From positions 1,216,001 through 1,280,000 of the forward strand of contig CBDCTZ010000016.1 of assembly GCA_965222375.1 (NCBI GenBank): a stretch of 64,000 nucleotides of DNA. Reading direction: 5' to 3'. The DNA is from Polyangiaceae bacterium. GTDB lineage: Bacteria; Myxococcota_A; Polyangia; Polyangiales; Polyangiaceae. Every line of letters starts with the position of its first letter. The first letter of the stretch is position 1. The notes beneath the pieces are model-generated. The model worked only from the letters and a program-made list of their open reading frames with translations. It did not search any database and was not told where the DNA came from. The position numbers were made by a program, and so were the translations under genes. Shown here in pieces: positions 18,302 through 28,014 of this stretch.

Positions 18302-19273
18302 TCAGAGCCGGATTTCGACGTGGTTTTGGCGGCGCAAGGAGTCGAGCCAGGTGCGGCGCGCTTTGTTCATCTTCTTGAGATAGATGCGCTCGGCGAGCTC
18401 GCTTCGGGACTCTTGGAAGCTGGGCAGCTCGGACTCTTGTCGTTCGATCAGTTGCACGATGTAGAAGGAGTTGCCGGCACGGATTGCGGGGGCAGATCGG
18501 CCGACCTCCAGGCCCATGATGGCAGCGTCGACAGCACGGGGGAGCTTGCCCGGGCGCAGCCGCGGCAGCAGGCCGCCCATCTCGCGGCTGGTGCGATCGT
18601 CGGAGTGTTGGCGCGCCAAGTCGCCTACGCGCTCGCCGCGCCGGACGCGCAGGGCAAGGGTGTCTGCCAGGCGCTGGCGCGTTTTGACCACCTTGGGCGT
18701 GGCACCGGCCGGGATGTCGAGGCGGATCCAGGCGGCGCGAAAAGGTAGCTTGCGGCGCTCTTCGGCTACTAGGCGCCGATACTCTTTGCGCACGTCGTCT
18801 TCAGTGACCCGGACCCGGCCTTGAACGCGGAGGTTCAGTAGCTTCGCCTCCAAGACTTGGCGCTTGATCTCCGAGCGGTACTGGGACTCGGTGAGCCCAG
18901 CTCGCTTGGCTTCGGCGACGAGCTTGTCGACGGTGAGGTTGTTCTGAGTTGCGATCCGCCCCAACGCGTCGTCAATCTCTTGAGCGTTGACCACGATGCG
19001 GGAGCGGTTGGCGGTACGCTGCTCCAGCTCCTCGTCGACCATGCGCTGCAACACCGTCTTGAAGGTCTGGGAGATCGCAGCAGAGCGCTGCGCTCCTTTG
19101 GGCACCTGGGTGTAGATGCGAATCAGCAGCGGCCGCGCGCGCTGCCGCACGTCGCTGAGCAGGATGGCGCGCTCGCCCACGACCGCGACCACCCGTTCGA
19201 CGATCGTGCCCTGGGCCGCGCCGGTCAGCAGCAGCAGCGGGAGCACCAGGCGGAATGCCAGTCCAAGCCTCAT
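18302..19273 (-). CDS. surA: SurA-family peptidylprolyl isomerase/chaperone
   Basis: Signal peptide, VERVVAVVGERAILLSDV, LARQHSDD...GGLL rotamase region, WLDSLRRQNHVEIRL. Confidence 0.8.
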   Translation of the reverse strand: MRLGLAFRLVLPLLLLTGAAQGTIVERVVAVVGERAILLSDVRQRARPLLIRIYTQVPKGAQRSAAISQTFKTVLQRMVDEELEQRTANRSRIVVNAQEIDDALGRIATQNNLTVDKLVAEAKRAGLTESQYRSEIKRQVLEAKLLNLRVQGRVRVTEDDVRKEYRRLVAEERRKLPFRAAWIRLDIPAGATPKVVKTRQRLADTLALRVRRGERVGDLARQHSDDRTSREMGGLLPRLRPGKLPRAVDAAIMGLEVGRSAPAIRAGNSFYIVQLIERQESELPSFQESRSELAERIYLKKMNKARRTWLDSLRRQNHVEIRL

Positions 19274-19299
19274 CCGCGGGCTTATACCACCTTCCGCCC

Positions 19300-19842
19300 T
19301 CAGCGGAGCATGTGGGCGCGGGCAGCCGTGGTCACGTAGAAATTCCGTGGCCAATGCCGGTAGTAGCTGGCCCGTAGCACCGGCGAGCCGTCGTTCTGGT
19401 CGACCTCGTCGCCGATTTGGCCGACCACCCGAACCAAGGAGCCCACCCCGACGGAACGCTTGCCGATGTCGTCTTCTTCGGAGAGCTTCACGAGCGCGTG
19501 GGCGACGGCGTGCTCGCGGTCACTCACGGTGACGCGGCAGCTATCTTCGTCCTTGGTTTCACACAAGTTGCGCTTCGCCAGGGTTCGCACGGAGAGCTTT
19601 AACCGCGCGGTGCCTCCGGCGCCTTCGCCGCGGGACAGCACGACTCCAAAGAAGTTCAGGGACTTGCCCTTGAAGTCCTCGGGCTTCCGCTGAACCATGA
19701 CCGGGTCGTACTCCTTGGTCTTTGCGAGCGCCTCTTCCTCCGCGCTCAGAGGCGAGTACACCCGACTGTGTCCGTACTGACCGGGCGAGTGGCACGCCCC
19801 TACGAACAGGCCGAGAGACAGAATGAACCAAGATCGACTCAT
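19300..19842 (-). CDS. Lipoprotein, Slp/OB-fold-like
   Basis: Lipobox VGAC, VQRKPEDFKGKSLNFFGVV, GSLVRVVGQI...PVL...HW. Confidence 0.7.
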   Translation of the reverse strand: MSRSWFILSLGLFVGACHSPGQYGHSRVYSPLSAEEEALAKTKEYDPVMVQRKPEDFKGKSLNFFGVVLSRGEGAGGTARLKLSVRTLAKRNLCETKDEDSCRVTVSDREHAVAHALVKLSEEDDIGKRSVGVGSLVRVVGQIGDEVDQNDGSPVLRASYYRHWPRNFYVTTAARAHMLR

Positions 19843-19874
19843 GGCGACCGACGTATCACGTCGCCTTGCGAAGG

Positions 19875-21863
19875 TCACGCGGAGAGGGTGCTTCGGCGCA
19901 GGTGGCGGAAGACGCGCAACCCGACTTCCAACCCGAAGAAGAGCAGGCACAATATTGCCAGCTTGTTCGATGCATCCACCTTGGATTGAACTGAAACGCC
20001 CTGCCCGAGGGAAGCTTCTGCGGTTACTGCATTGGGCAGACGGGTCAGCTCGTTCTCGGTGATGCTGACGTAACGGTCGGTGACGTCAGCGTCGACTTCC
20101 ACCCTGTAGCGGCCGGCGCTGTCGACGACGAGGGCTTGGTCTGACGCATTGGCGCCCCGGGACGTCTCCAGCTCTTTGGTATCCGGGCCGCGCACGGTAA
20201 TTTGGGACGCTGCGGGGAAGGTCCAGGTCTCACCTGCAACGCTGCGGCGGGGGCCCGCGCGGCGTTCCGCCTCATCCAATGCGTGGGCGAGCAGCGCCAA
20301 AAAACCGGGCCGCAATGCGAAGTCACTCTCAGCCAGCGCGGCTGGCAAACTCGTGGCCAGGGCCAGCCCGCGTCCGACTGGCGATGCAATGGCGAAAGGT
20401 TCGCCGTCGTCCCATTTGCCCAACACCGTGGAGTCGGCGGGCATGGCAGCGGCGAGCATGGTGCGTCCTCCGGGCTCCAGCTTTTCTAGGCTGGCGGCGG
20501 CCTGTCCGAGAATTGCCAAGGACTTGGGGTCAGCACCTTGGGCCTTGGTCTCTTGCCAACGCAGGGCACCTCGCACGAAGGGTTCGAAGGTCGAACCCAA
20601 GGGTGCGGCATCGGACTGAGGACCCACGAGCACCAATGCCACGCGACCGCGCTTGAGCCATGCGGTGAGCGTAGTGCGAGCCTCCGCCGGCAGGCCCGTT
20701 GGATCATCGATTACGAGCAGGGCGTGTTGCTTCAACGCTGCCATCTGATCCGGCAGGACTTGGTAGGGCCGGACAGCAATGTCCCGCTCCAACGCGGTCA
20801 GAGCTTGTTCGATGATGGTCGCGCCACCCGTGGCCACACGGGTCGTTGCTGGGTCGCGCACGACGCCCACGCCCATCTGCCCGCTCTCGGCCGCCACGGG
20901 TGCCGAGTCGTTTTCGACCAGGGCGTCCTTGCCGGAAAGCTGCACCGTCATCCGGCCTGCAGTTGCGGGCAGTTCCACGCTGACCTCTTGGACGCCTCCG
21001 CGCTGGGATAGCGGCGCCTGCGCCAACTCCTCACCGGACTTCCTCTTTTTTGCTCCAGTGCCGCCGGCGGGCACCTCTTCCGCTAGGCGCACGGAGACGT
21101 TGCGGCCCTTGGCGGCACCCGAGGAGTTGCAGGCGACCCGCACCGCGACTCGGCGACCCGAGCGCGCCGCCGACACGACACCACAATCCGCAACGCTCTT
21201 GCTGAGGGCGTCCAAGGGAGCCGAGATGGGGATCGTCGAGGATTTGGGTACCGTTCCGGCCAAGTCACTCAGCAATACGATCCGGCGGTCCTTGTGGGGC
21301 AGGGGCTGAACACTGGCCTGGGCCAGCTTGACTGCAGCATCGAGATCCGTCGGGCGGTCACTGACGGAGAGCTCGCTCAAGGTCCGCTCGGCTTGTCGAA
21401 TGTCCGTTGTTGCGGGCATGACGAGGCGCGCTGGCTTGCCTGCCAAAATGATGGCGATGGCATCGCCTTCCCGAGCACCATCGAGCAACTCCCGGGCTCC
21501 GTCGAGCGCCGCGGACCAGCGCTTCTTGCCGCTGCCCATCACGCTCTTCATGCTGTGGGAATCGTCGATCACGATGGCCAGCGCCACGGAGGCACCCGCT
21601 TCTCGCTCAAGAGCGAGTCGCGAGCATTGAACCAGAGGTGTGGCTCCCAGCACCGCGAGTGCGAGCACCAGAAGCGCTCTTGCTGCCAGCAGGGCGCGGT
21701 CCTCCAGCTTGCGTCGCTTACGGGCAACGGGTTGCGCCGTGGGAACCAGATGGGCTGCGGGAAATTCGCGTTCTTCGGCTGTCGACCGGCGCAGCAGGTG
21801 CGCCAGGATGGGCAAACCCACCAAGACGGCGATCGCCAGGGCGGCGGCAGCGACGAAGCTCAC
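19875..21863 (-). CDS. BatA/vWA domain membrane protein
   Basis: BatA-like LPILAHLL...FP, vWA MIDAS IDDSHSM, TDL, LLSD, C-terminal TM. Confidence 0.85.
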   Translation of the reverse strand: MSFVAAAALAIAVLVGLPILAHLLRRSTAEEREFPAAHLVPTAQPVARKRRKLEDRALLAARALLVLALAVLGATPLVQCSRLALEREAGASVALAIVIDDSHSMKSVMGSGKKRWSAALDGARELLDGAREGDAIAIILAGKPARLVMPATTDIRQAERTLSELSVSDRPTDLDAAVKLAQASVQPLPHKDRRIVLLSDLAGTVPKSSTIPISAPLDALSKSVADCGVVSAARSGRRVAVRVACNSSGAAKGRNVSVRLAEEVPAGGTGAKKRKSGEELAQAPLSQRGGVQEVSVELPATAGRMTVQLSGKDALVENDSAPVAAESGQMGVGVVRDPATTRVATGGATIIEQALTALERDIAVRPYQVLPDQMAALKQHALLVIDDPTGLPAEARTTLTAWLKRGRVALVLVGPQSDAAPLGSTFEPFVRGALRWQETKAQGADPKSLAILGQAAASLEKLEPGGRTMLAAAMPADSTVLGKWDDGEPFAIASPVGRGLALATSLPAALAESDFALRPGFLALLAHALDEAERRAGPRRSVAGETWTFPAASQITVRGPDTKELETSRGANASDQALVVDSAGRYRVEVDADVTDRYVSITENELTRLPNAVTAEASLGQGVSVQSKVDASNKLAILCLLFFGLEVGLRVFRHLRRSTLSA

Positions 21864-22780
21864 TGACCCTCCCTCGCGATGGCGGCGAGAATGCGGCGCA
21901 CGTCGTCGACGGGCTCTCCATCTGTGGTGGTTGCGACCAGCCGTCCGCCGACGGAGGCCAAGCGATCGCTCCAGTGTTGGGTCAGGCTTTCCAAGCGCTC
22001 CAGGTATTGATTGCGCACGGCTTCGCCGTCGGTTTCGACTACCAAGGAGCCTTCCGTGGCTTTGAGGCGCAGGGGGCCGCGGAAGGGAAATCGGCGCTCG
22101 GTGGGATCGAGGACTTGCACCACCACGAGGATGCGACCTCGTGCCGACAAGGCCAAAAATCGCTCCAGGGTCGCCTCGGGTAGGTCCAAAGTGTCACTGA
22201 GCATTACGACGACGGAGCCACGCCGAGCGTGGTGGGCGATGGGCGCGAACGCGCGATCGACGGCCTTGGCGTCTCCTTGGAGCTCGCCTCCGGGCCGTGC
22301 GCCCTCCAGGGACGCGACGATTCGCTCGAAGGCCTCGCGCCCGCCAAGCGCTGGCAGGGGCTGGCGCTCCAGGCCGCCGAGCCAATCCAGGGCCACGGGA
22401 TCTCCGCCGGTGAGCGCAACCCGGGCTAACGCCGCCGCCAGCAAGGAAGCGTAGGCCAACTTGGCGCCGGGCGCGTGTTCACTGCGATAGCCCATGCTGG
22501 CGCTGGCATCGACCACGAGGCGGAGCGCTCGGTCGGTGTCGGTTTCGAACTCGCGCACCAGTAGGCGGCCGTGGCGCATCAGGGCCCGTCGGTCTAGCCA
22601 ACGCAGGTCGTCTCCCGGCAAGTACGCACGATGTCCGCCGAACTCCACGCCAGGGCCGCGTCGGGGGCTGCGGTGAATGCCGACGTACAAGCCATCCGCG
22701 ACAGCGCGCGCCCGGACCCCAAGCGGAGCGAGCTTTCCCCAGTCCAGAGTCTGCTTGATGTTGGAGATATCGGCAGCCAC
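21860..22780 (-). CDS. DUF58 domain protein
   Basis: GIHRSPRRGPGVEFGGHRAYLPGDDLRWLD, VDASASM. Confidence 0.9.
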   Translation of the reverse strand: MAADISNIKQTLDWGKLAPLGVRARAVADGLYVGIHRSPRRGPGVEFGGHRAYLPGDDLRWLDRRALMRHGRLLVREFETDTDRALRLVVDASASMGYRSEHAPGAKLAYASLLAAALARVALTGGDPVALDWLGGLERQPLPALGGREAFERIVASLEGARPGGELQGDAKAVDRAFAPIAHHARRGSVVVMLSDTLDLPEATLERFLALSARGRILVVVQVLDPTERRFPFRGPLRLKATEGSLVVETDGEAVRNQYLERLESLTQHWSDRLASVGGRLVATTTDGEPVDDVRRILAAIAREGQ

Positions 22781-22783
22781 GAG

Positions 22784-23929
22784 CTACTCCGTCATGACGC
22801 TGACGAAGACACCAGCACCAATTCCCACTAGAGCGGCCACCAGGGCGATCCACCACCAGAAACTCGAAGATTTCTGAGGTGGCGTCGTCGGCAGCGACAT
22901 CTCGTGCACAGAGATCTTCTGGGTGGCGGCGAAGGGCAGGGACAGTTCCGTGTCAACGCGTTCTAGCTGATCGGAGCTCGGTGGGGGCACGGTTCGAGCG
23001 ACGTTTTCGGGCTGTTTCTCGGCGTGAGACAACGCTTCGGCCATGGCAGCCGCCGTCGGATAGCGGTCCTCGGGTGTTTTGGCCAGCGCATGCATCACCA
23101 CGGCTTCGAGCGCCGGCGAAATTTGAGCTCGAGGCGCTCGGCTCGAGGGTGGGTCCGGTGAGTCCATCAGGTGAGACGTCATCACGGAGACGGCGCTAGT
23201 GGCCTGAAATGGCACGCTCCCTGTCAGCATCTCGTACAGCACGATCCCGACCGCGTAGATGTCGCAGCGGATGTCGACTTCGTCCCCACGTGCTTGCTCG
23301 GGCGCCATGTACTCCGGCGTACCAAACACCATGTTCTGTTCGGTGAGCGCGGTCAGGGATTGGCTGGCCTCAGCACGCAGCAGCTTGGCCATTCCGAAGT
23401 CCAACACTCGGACCCGTGGTGAGTCTGTCTCGGCGTCGGCGACCATTACATTGCCGGGTTTCAAATCCCGGTGCACGACTCCAGCTTCGTGGGCCGTATG
23501 CAGGGCTGCGCAGATTTGCTTCAGTATGTTGACGGCGCGATGGGGTGCGATGGGGCCCTTCTGAAGCAGGACGTCCAAGGGCTCTCCTTCCGCCAGCTCC
23601 AGGGCCATGAACAGGCGTCCGTCCGAAAGCTCCCCATAGTCGAGCAGGCTGACGACGTGTTCACCTCGGAGATCTCGAAGCACGCGGGCCTCGCGTTGGA
23701 AGCGCTTGTGGACCTGGCGATTCTTGATCAGATGGCTGTGGATCAGCTTCAGCGCCACGCGAGTCCCGACCCCCGGCGCCCGATAGGCATGGCCCGAGTC
23801 CACCGGGGGCTCCGAGCACTCGGCGACGTAGACGACGCCACTGGCCCCGTCCCCGAGGGCCTCCTGCAATCGGTAGCGACTCACGGGAGTTCCGGGGGGG
23901 AGCGCGCCCCGGACCTTGCTCTCGCTCAC
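22784..23929 (-). CDS. Ser/Thr protein kinase with C-terminal TM
   Basis: GDGASGVVY, VALK, HRDLKPGN, DFG, GTPEYMAPE. GTG start overlaps the LysM gene stop. Confidence 0.9.
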   Translation of the reverse strand: MSESKVRGALPPGTPVSRYRLQEALGDGASGVVYVAECSEPPVDSGHAYRAPGVGTRVALKLIHSHLIKNRQVHKRFQREARVLRDLRGEHVVSLLDYGELSDGRLFMALELAEGEPLDVLLQKGPIAPHRAVNILKQICAALHTAHEAGVVHRDLKPGNVMVADAETDSPRVRVLDFGMAKLLRAEASQSLTALTEQNMVFGTPEYMAPEQARGDEVDIRCDIYAVGIVLYEMLTGSVPFQATSAVSVMTSHLMDSPDPPSSRAPRAQISPALEAVVMHALAKTPEDRYPTAAAMAEALSHAEKQPENVARTVPPPSSDQLERVDTELSLPFAATQKISVHEMSLPTTPPQKSSSFWWWIALVAALVGIGAGVFVSVMTE

Positions 23930-24831
23930 TTGGAGCTCCGCGCGCAAGCGCTGACGAGCTTCGGGCTCATCCAGATTGGGTCGACGCGCGCTTTCGGATC
24001 GTTTTGACGCCAACTGGCGCAGGCGGCGGCTGCCAACCCCGGCGCGCCCAACGCCGCGTAGGCATCCAGCAGCTGTCGGTGCACCGTGGCTTGTTGAGGT
24101 TTGGTGAGGGGCCCCGCCGACAAGAACGCATTGCCCCGGCGCACGGCATCCACGTAGCGCCCACCCTTCACGTCGGCAATGAGCAGTGGGATCTCTTGAG
24201 CGACGCGCTTTTGTGTCGCTCGCTCGGCCCCGGCGGCTTGAGCCTGCACTTCCGAGCTGGCAGATCGAAGGAACTTCTTGCCCGCATCCGTCAGTGAGAG
24301 GTTGCTCAAGGGTACGAGCACGACGTCCCCTCGTCGCAACTTGCGTCCTTTGAGGCCGTTGTAGTGGTCGAGCACCCACGCCTTGTTGCGGTCGCCCATG
24401 AAGCGGTAGGCGATGGTGACGATGTTTTCTCCCGAGCTCACGATCAACGTGAGGTTGAAGGGCACGATGAACTCCGCGCCATCTTCCGGGGGCAGCCAGG
24501 GGCTGGTGCCATTGGCAATGGCCAACACGTCGGAACGCTTGGCCGAGCCAAGCAGCTCCTTGGCGAGTTTTGCCCAGGTGTCCCCCTTCTTTGCCTTGCG
24601 ATGGCTGACCGCGGGGATCTCCAAGCGCATTCCAGGTACGATGGGAGAGCCACCCTGGGCATCCAGGGCGTTTGCTGTGACCAAGATCTGTTCGTGTTGG
24701 ATCTTGCCGTAGAAGCGCTCAGCGATCGAAGCCAGGGTATCACCCGACTGCACGATGTAGGGGAATGCGCGGGCTTGCGCCGGGACACAGAGCGCCAGGG
24801 CGAGAGCCGGGATCGCGACGCGCAGCCTCAT
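23926..24831 (-). CDS. LysM peptidoglycan-binding protein
   Basis: Signal peptide, YIVQSGDTLASIAERFYG, two further LysM-like repeats. Confidence 0.85.
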   Translation of the reverse strand: MRLRVAIPALALALCVPAQARAFPYIVQSGDTLASIAERFYGKIQHEQILVTANALDAQGGSPIVPGMRLEIPAVSHRKAKKGDTWAKLAKELLGSAKRSDVLAIANGTSPWLPPEDGAEFIVPFNLTLIVSSGENIVTIAYRFMGDRNKAWVLDHYNGLKGRKLRRGDVVLVPLSNLSLTDAGKKFLRSASSEVQAQAAGAERATQKRVAQEIPLLIADVKGGRYVDAVRRGNAFLSAGPLTKPQQATVHRQLLDAYAALGAPGLAAAACASWRQNDPKARVDPIWMSPKLVSACARSSK

Positions 24832-26246
24832 GGGAGCCCGAGCTTACCTGTCTTTGGCAGCTTGTCATGATCCCTGGGACGAAGTGCTGCTGCTGCCAGC
24901 AGACACAGGGCTGGAGTGGCGACAACGTGATAGCGGTCGTCGCCGAAGAACAACGCGTGGGTGATGGAGGTCACGAGGATCAAGCCCAGGGCATAGGCGA
25001 GCGGTGCTCGGAGCGGGGGGCGTCCGGGCAGGGGAAGAAGCGCCACCAAAGGCAGCAGTGCCGGCAGGATGAAGAAGGGGTGCTCGATGTGGACCGCCGC
25101 CCAAACGCTGAGCCCGAGCCAGACCGCGGCCAAGGCACCCTGCGTTGCCAGAACCGGTCTCGGCGCTGTCCGAATTGCAGGAAGCGCCACGACCCCGAAG
25201 GCGGCGACCACGAGCAGTAGACGATGAAAGAGCGTCAACAAGTTGCGCCCGCCTACGCGGCGGGACTCGTGCCAGGAGGCTGGGTCAGCTTCCCGCAAGT
25301 ACTCGATGGGGAAGGACTCGTGATCGTAGGTGTGCGCCAGCTTCTTCGGAATCAGCGACAGCCAGCGGCCGGGCGCGCGTTTGATTTCATTCATGCCGAC
25401 GCTCGCCCAGCATCGGTCTTGCTGTACTTGCCCCGTGACGATGGGGCAACCATCCGAAGCGCGCAGGGTGCGGAAGCGCCCAGTCGTGGTTTTCGCCCCG
25501 ATGGCGAGGTTCCAGCCGCCATTGGTCGACACCAGGGCGCAGCCGTCCATCACGACGCAGTTGCGAATTGTCCAGGGCGATACCGTGATGAGCGCCGCAG
25601 CGCCGGCGATCGCGACCAAGGCCACCGAGCGCTTGATTGACCGCGAGCCGCAAAAGGCAAGCAGAGGGATGGCGAGCAACGAGCTTGGGCGAACCAGAGC
25701 AGCGAGGCCCAGCACGAAGCCGCCCGCCACGGCCGCCCACACGAAGCGCTTTCGCAGCCGCAGGGTGACCCAGGGAGCGATGACCAGTAGCAGGGCGGCC
25801 AAACCCTCGGTCATCACCACTGCCGAGTAGACCGCCAGACCCGGGTGCAGCGCTGTGATCACGCCCGCCGCTCGTGCGCGATTGTTCGACAGCCCGAAGC
25901 GGGCCAGGCGGTGCACCGCGACGACCAGAAGTGCACCGAGGACGGCGTTGACGACCGGAGCCACCCACAGGCCCTGCCCGAGGACCTTGTACACGAAGCC
26001 GAGCAAGGCGCTGTAGCCCACTGGGTAGTGGCACCAAGGCTTGGATATCGCGATGCCGTTTTGGATGATGTCTTCCGAGTATCCGAGCCCGTCGGCGATA
26101 CGCTGCGCGCCGAAGTGATAGTAGTGGCCGTCCCAGACCGGTTCTCGGGCCCAAGCGATGGCGACGAACAGCCGAGGTATGAGCGCGACGAGCCCTAGCG
26201 CCAGGGAGAACCAATGGTCCTGATCTGCGTATCGCTCAGGTTTCAT
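24828..26246 (-). CDS. GT-C (ArnT/PMT-like) membrane glycosyltransferase
   Basis: WDGHYY, PVGY, MTE, LVRP, PWTIRN, DRY motifs and many TM helices. Confidence 0.8.
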   Translation of the reverse strand: MKPERYADQDHWFSLALGLVALIPRLFVAIAWAREPVWDGHYYHFGAQRIADGLGYSEDIIQNGIAISKPWCHYPVGYSALLGFVYKVLGQGLWVAPVVNAVLGALLVVAVHRLARFGLSNNRARAAGVITALHPGLAVYSAVVMTEGLAALLLVIAPWVTLRLRKRFVWAAVAGGFVLGLAALVRPSSLLAIPLLAFCGSRSIKRSVALVAIAGAAALITVSPWTIRNCVVMDGCALVSTNGGWNLAIGAKTTTGRFRTLRASDGCPIVTGQVQQDRCWASVGMNEIKRAPGRWLSLIPKKLAHTYDHESFPIEYLREADPASWHESRRVGGRNLLTLFHRLLLVVAAFGVVALPAIRTAPRPVLATQGALAAVWLGLSVWAAVHIEHPFFILPALLPLVALLPLPGRPPLRAPLAYALGLILVTSITHALFFGDDRYHVVATPALCLLAAAALRPRDHDKLPKTGKLGLP

Positions 26247-26264
26247 GGCCAGGGGTGCGGCCGC

Positions 26265-27848
26265 TCAGCCCAACGCCCCACCGGACGCCGCGTGCCACTG
26301 GCGCATGCGGCGCAAGTAGGTCCGACTGACCTGCGACTGGTCGAGCTTCAGGTACTTGGCGACCTGCTGCACGAAACCTCGCGTGTAGACCAGCGCGGGC
26401 AAGTTGCGGAAGTCCTCCGCCTCGATGGCTCGAAGGTGCGCGGGCGCAATCTTGGTGCGTTCCGCGATCTCCTCGATTTCGACGCCTTGGGACTCACGTA
26501 CCCTCGCCAGCAAGCGCCCGGTGAATTCCGTCTCGGCGTTGATCTCGCGGGCGAGCTCTTGGCGCAACATGGCCCGCTCCGCTTCCAGGGCGGTATCCGG
26601 ATGCTTGCGTTCGCTGTGCTTTTCTTCTTCCTGGGGAAAGACTGAAAGGTCGTAGGCACGGCGACGAATGGGGTCGAGCAGAGTTTCGTGAGCTTCTTCG
26701 ACGCGGGCCTGTTCCACTTGCAACTGGTGCTCGTCGAGGAGTGACGTCAGGGAGAGGCTGCCGGGCTGGTACAACTCCTTCTGGCGCTTGTAGGCGCGTC
26801 GCACCTCTTCGTCCGTCGCACCGCGGTGCGTCCACAGTACGTCGTAAAGGCTTGGCTCGGCATCGTGCAGGGCGATGGGGTCGGTGCTCCGCACGTGTTC
26901 CCGAGCGGTGACGATGGCCGAGATGCGTCGGGCGATGCGCTCGATGTTGCGGGCACTCTTGCTGGTTGGGCTGTCGATCAACAGGGGGCGCCGGCGCAGC
27001 ACACTGAGATAGACGGAATCGTCTTGTTCGATGTGGCCGACGTAGTCGTAGTGTACTCCCAGGTAGCGCGTCGACATGTCGCACATGGCCTGGCCCAAGT
27101 CGCTGTCTGCGCGTAAGCGCACGCCGTTCACCACCAAGCGCGGGCTCAGTTTGGCCAATTCCTGGGCGGCAAACTCGCCTACTGCGACGTCGTAACGCGC
27201 GAGGGCCCGCACCAGATCTTGGGGTGCAGGAAGGGGCGGCAGCTCAGAGAATGCCCGCTCCACGATGCGCATCTTGAACTGGTCTTTGACGTGCGTCTTG
27301 CGCACCCGCCGCTGGAATAGGGCACGCACGAAGCGATAGGTCGCTTCGACGGCGGGGGGCTCCGGGGCGGTGACGCATACGCCCACATCTGCGGCCAAGA
27401 ACAGATCCAGGGTGGCAGGCGCCGTGCCGGAGCCCAGGTCCAAGAGCACCCAGTCGACATCCAACTGACGAAGCTGGCGGACCCACTTTGGCTTGCGGCC
27501 AGGTCGCGCGGGCACCGTCGAGCCGACGCTGTACTTCTGCGGCAGCAGGGATAGACCCGGGGTCGACGTCGGAAGCGGGGTCAGGTCGTCCTCGTCGCTG
27601 TCGTCGCCCTGGGCGCTGGATTGCTCGGGGTAGACGCCCAGTAGGGTGTGGAGCTCCGCGCCGGCAGGGTCGGCGTCGACGAGTACGACGCTGCGGCCCA
27701 GCTGAGCCAAGTAGACCCCGAGATTGATGGCCAGAACACTCTTGCCCACGCCGCCCCGGCCCCCGCCCACGGCGATCATATGCCGCGCGTGCCGAGGGGG
27801 CGTACCACTGGCCAGGTCCGGCGGTGGCAGGGTGTCGCGCTCGACCAT
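26265..27848 (-). CDS. MinD/FlhG-like ATPase fused to J-like and RodZ-like HTH domains
   Basis: GGGRGGVGKS, VDAD, LLDLG, YDVL...EEVRRAY, LARVRESQGVEIEEIAERTKI...YTRGFV. Confidence 0.85.
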   Translation of the reverse strand: MVERDTLPPPDLASGTPPRHARHMIAVGGGRGGVGKSVLAINLGVYLAQLGRSVVLVDADPAGAELHTLLGVYPEQSSAQGDDSDEDDLTPLPTSTPGLSLLPQKYSVGSTVPARPGRKPKWVRQLRQLDVDWVLLDLGSGTAPATLDLFLAADVGVCVTAPEPPAVEATYRFVRALFQRRVRKTHVKDQFKMRIVERAFSELPPLPAPQDLVRALARYDVAVGEFAAQELAKLSPRLVVNGVRLRADSDLGQAMCDMSTRYLGVHYDYVGHIEQDDSVYLSVLRRRPLLIDSPTSKSARNIERIARRISAIVTAREHVRSTDPIALHDAEPSLYDVLWTHRGATDEEVRRAYKRQKELYQPGSLSLTSLLDEHQLQVEQARVEEAHETLLDPIRRRAYDLSVFPQEEEKHSERKHPDTALEAERAMLRQELAREINAETEFTGRLLARVRESQGVEIEEIAERTKIAPAHLRAIEAEDFRNLPALVYTRGFVQQVAKYLKLDQSQVSRTYLRRMRQWHAASGGALG

Positions 27849-28014
27849 GGCCTCAGGATCTACCTCAATCTGGCGGCTGTGGGCTCCCGCTTCCGCCGGA
27901 GAGGCCGGCAGATGGCGCCCACGATCCCCGTTTTTGGCGGTGGTTGGCGGGGCTTGTGCCGGTTCGGACAGGCGACTGCCGGGCCGGCGCCGATTCTGTT
28001 ATAGCTGCCCGACT

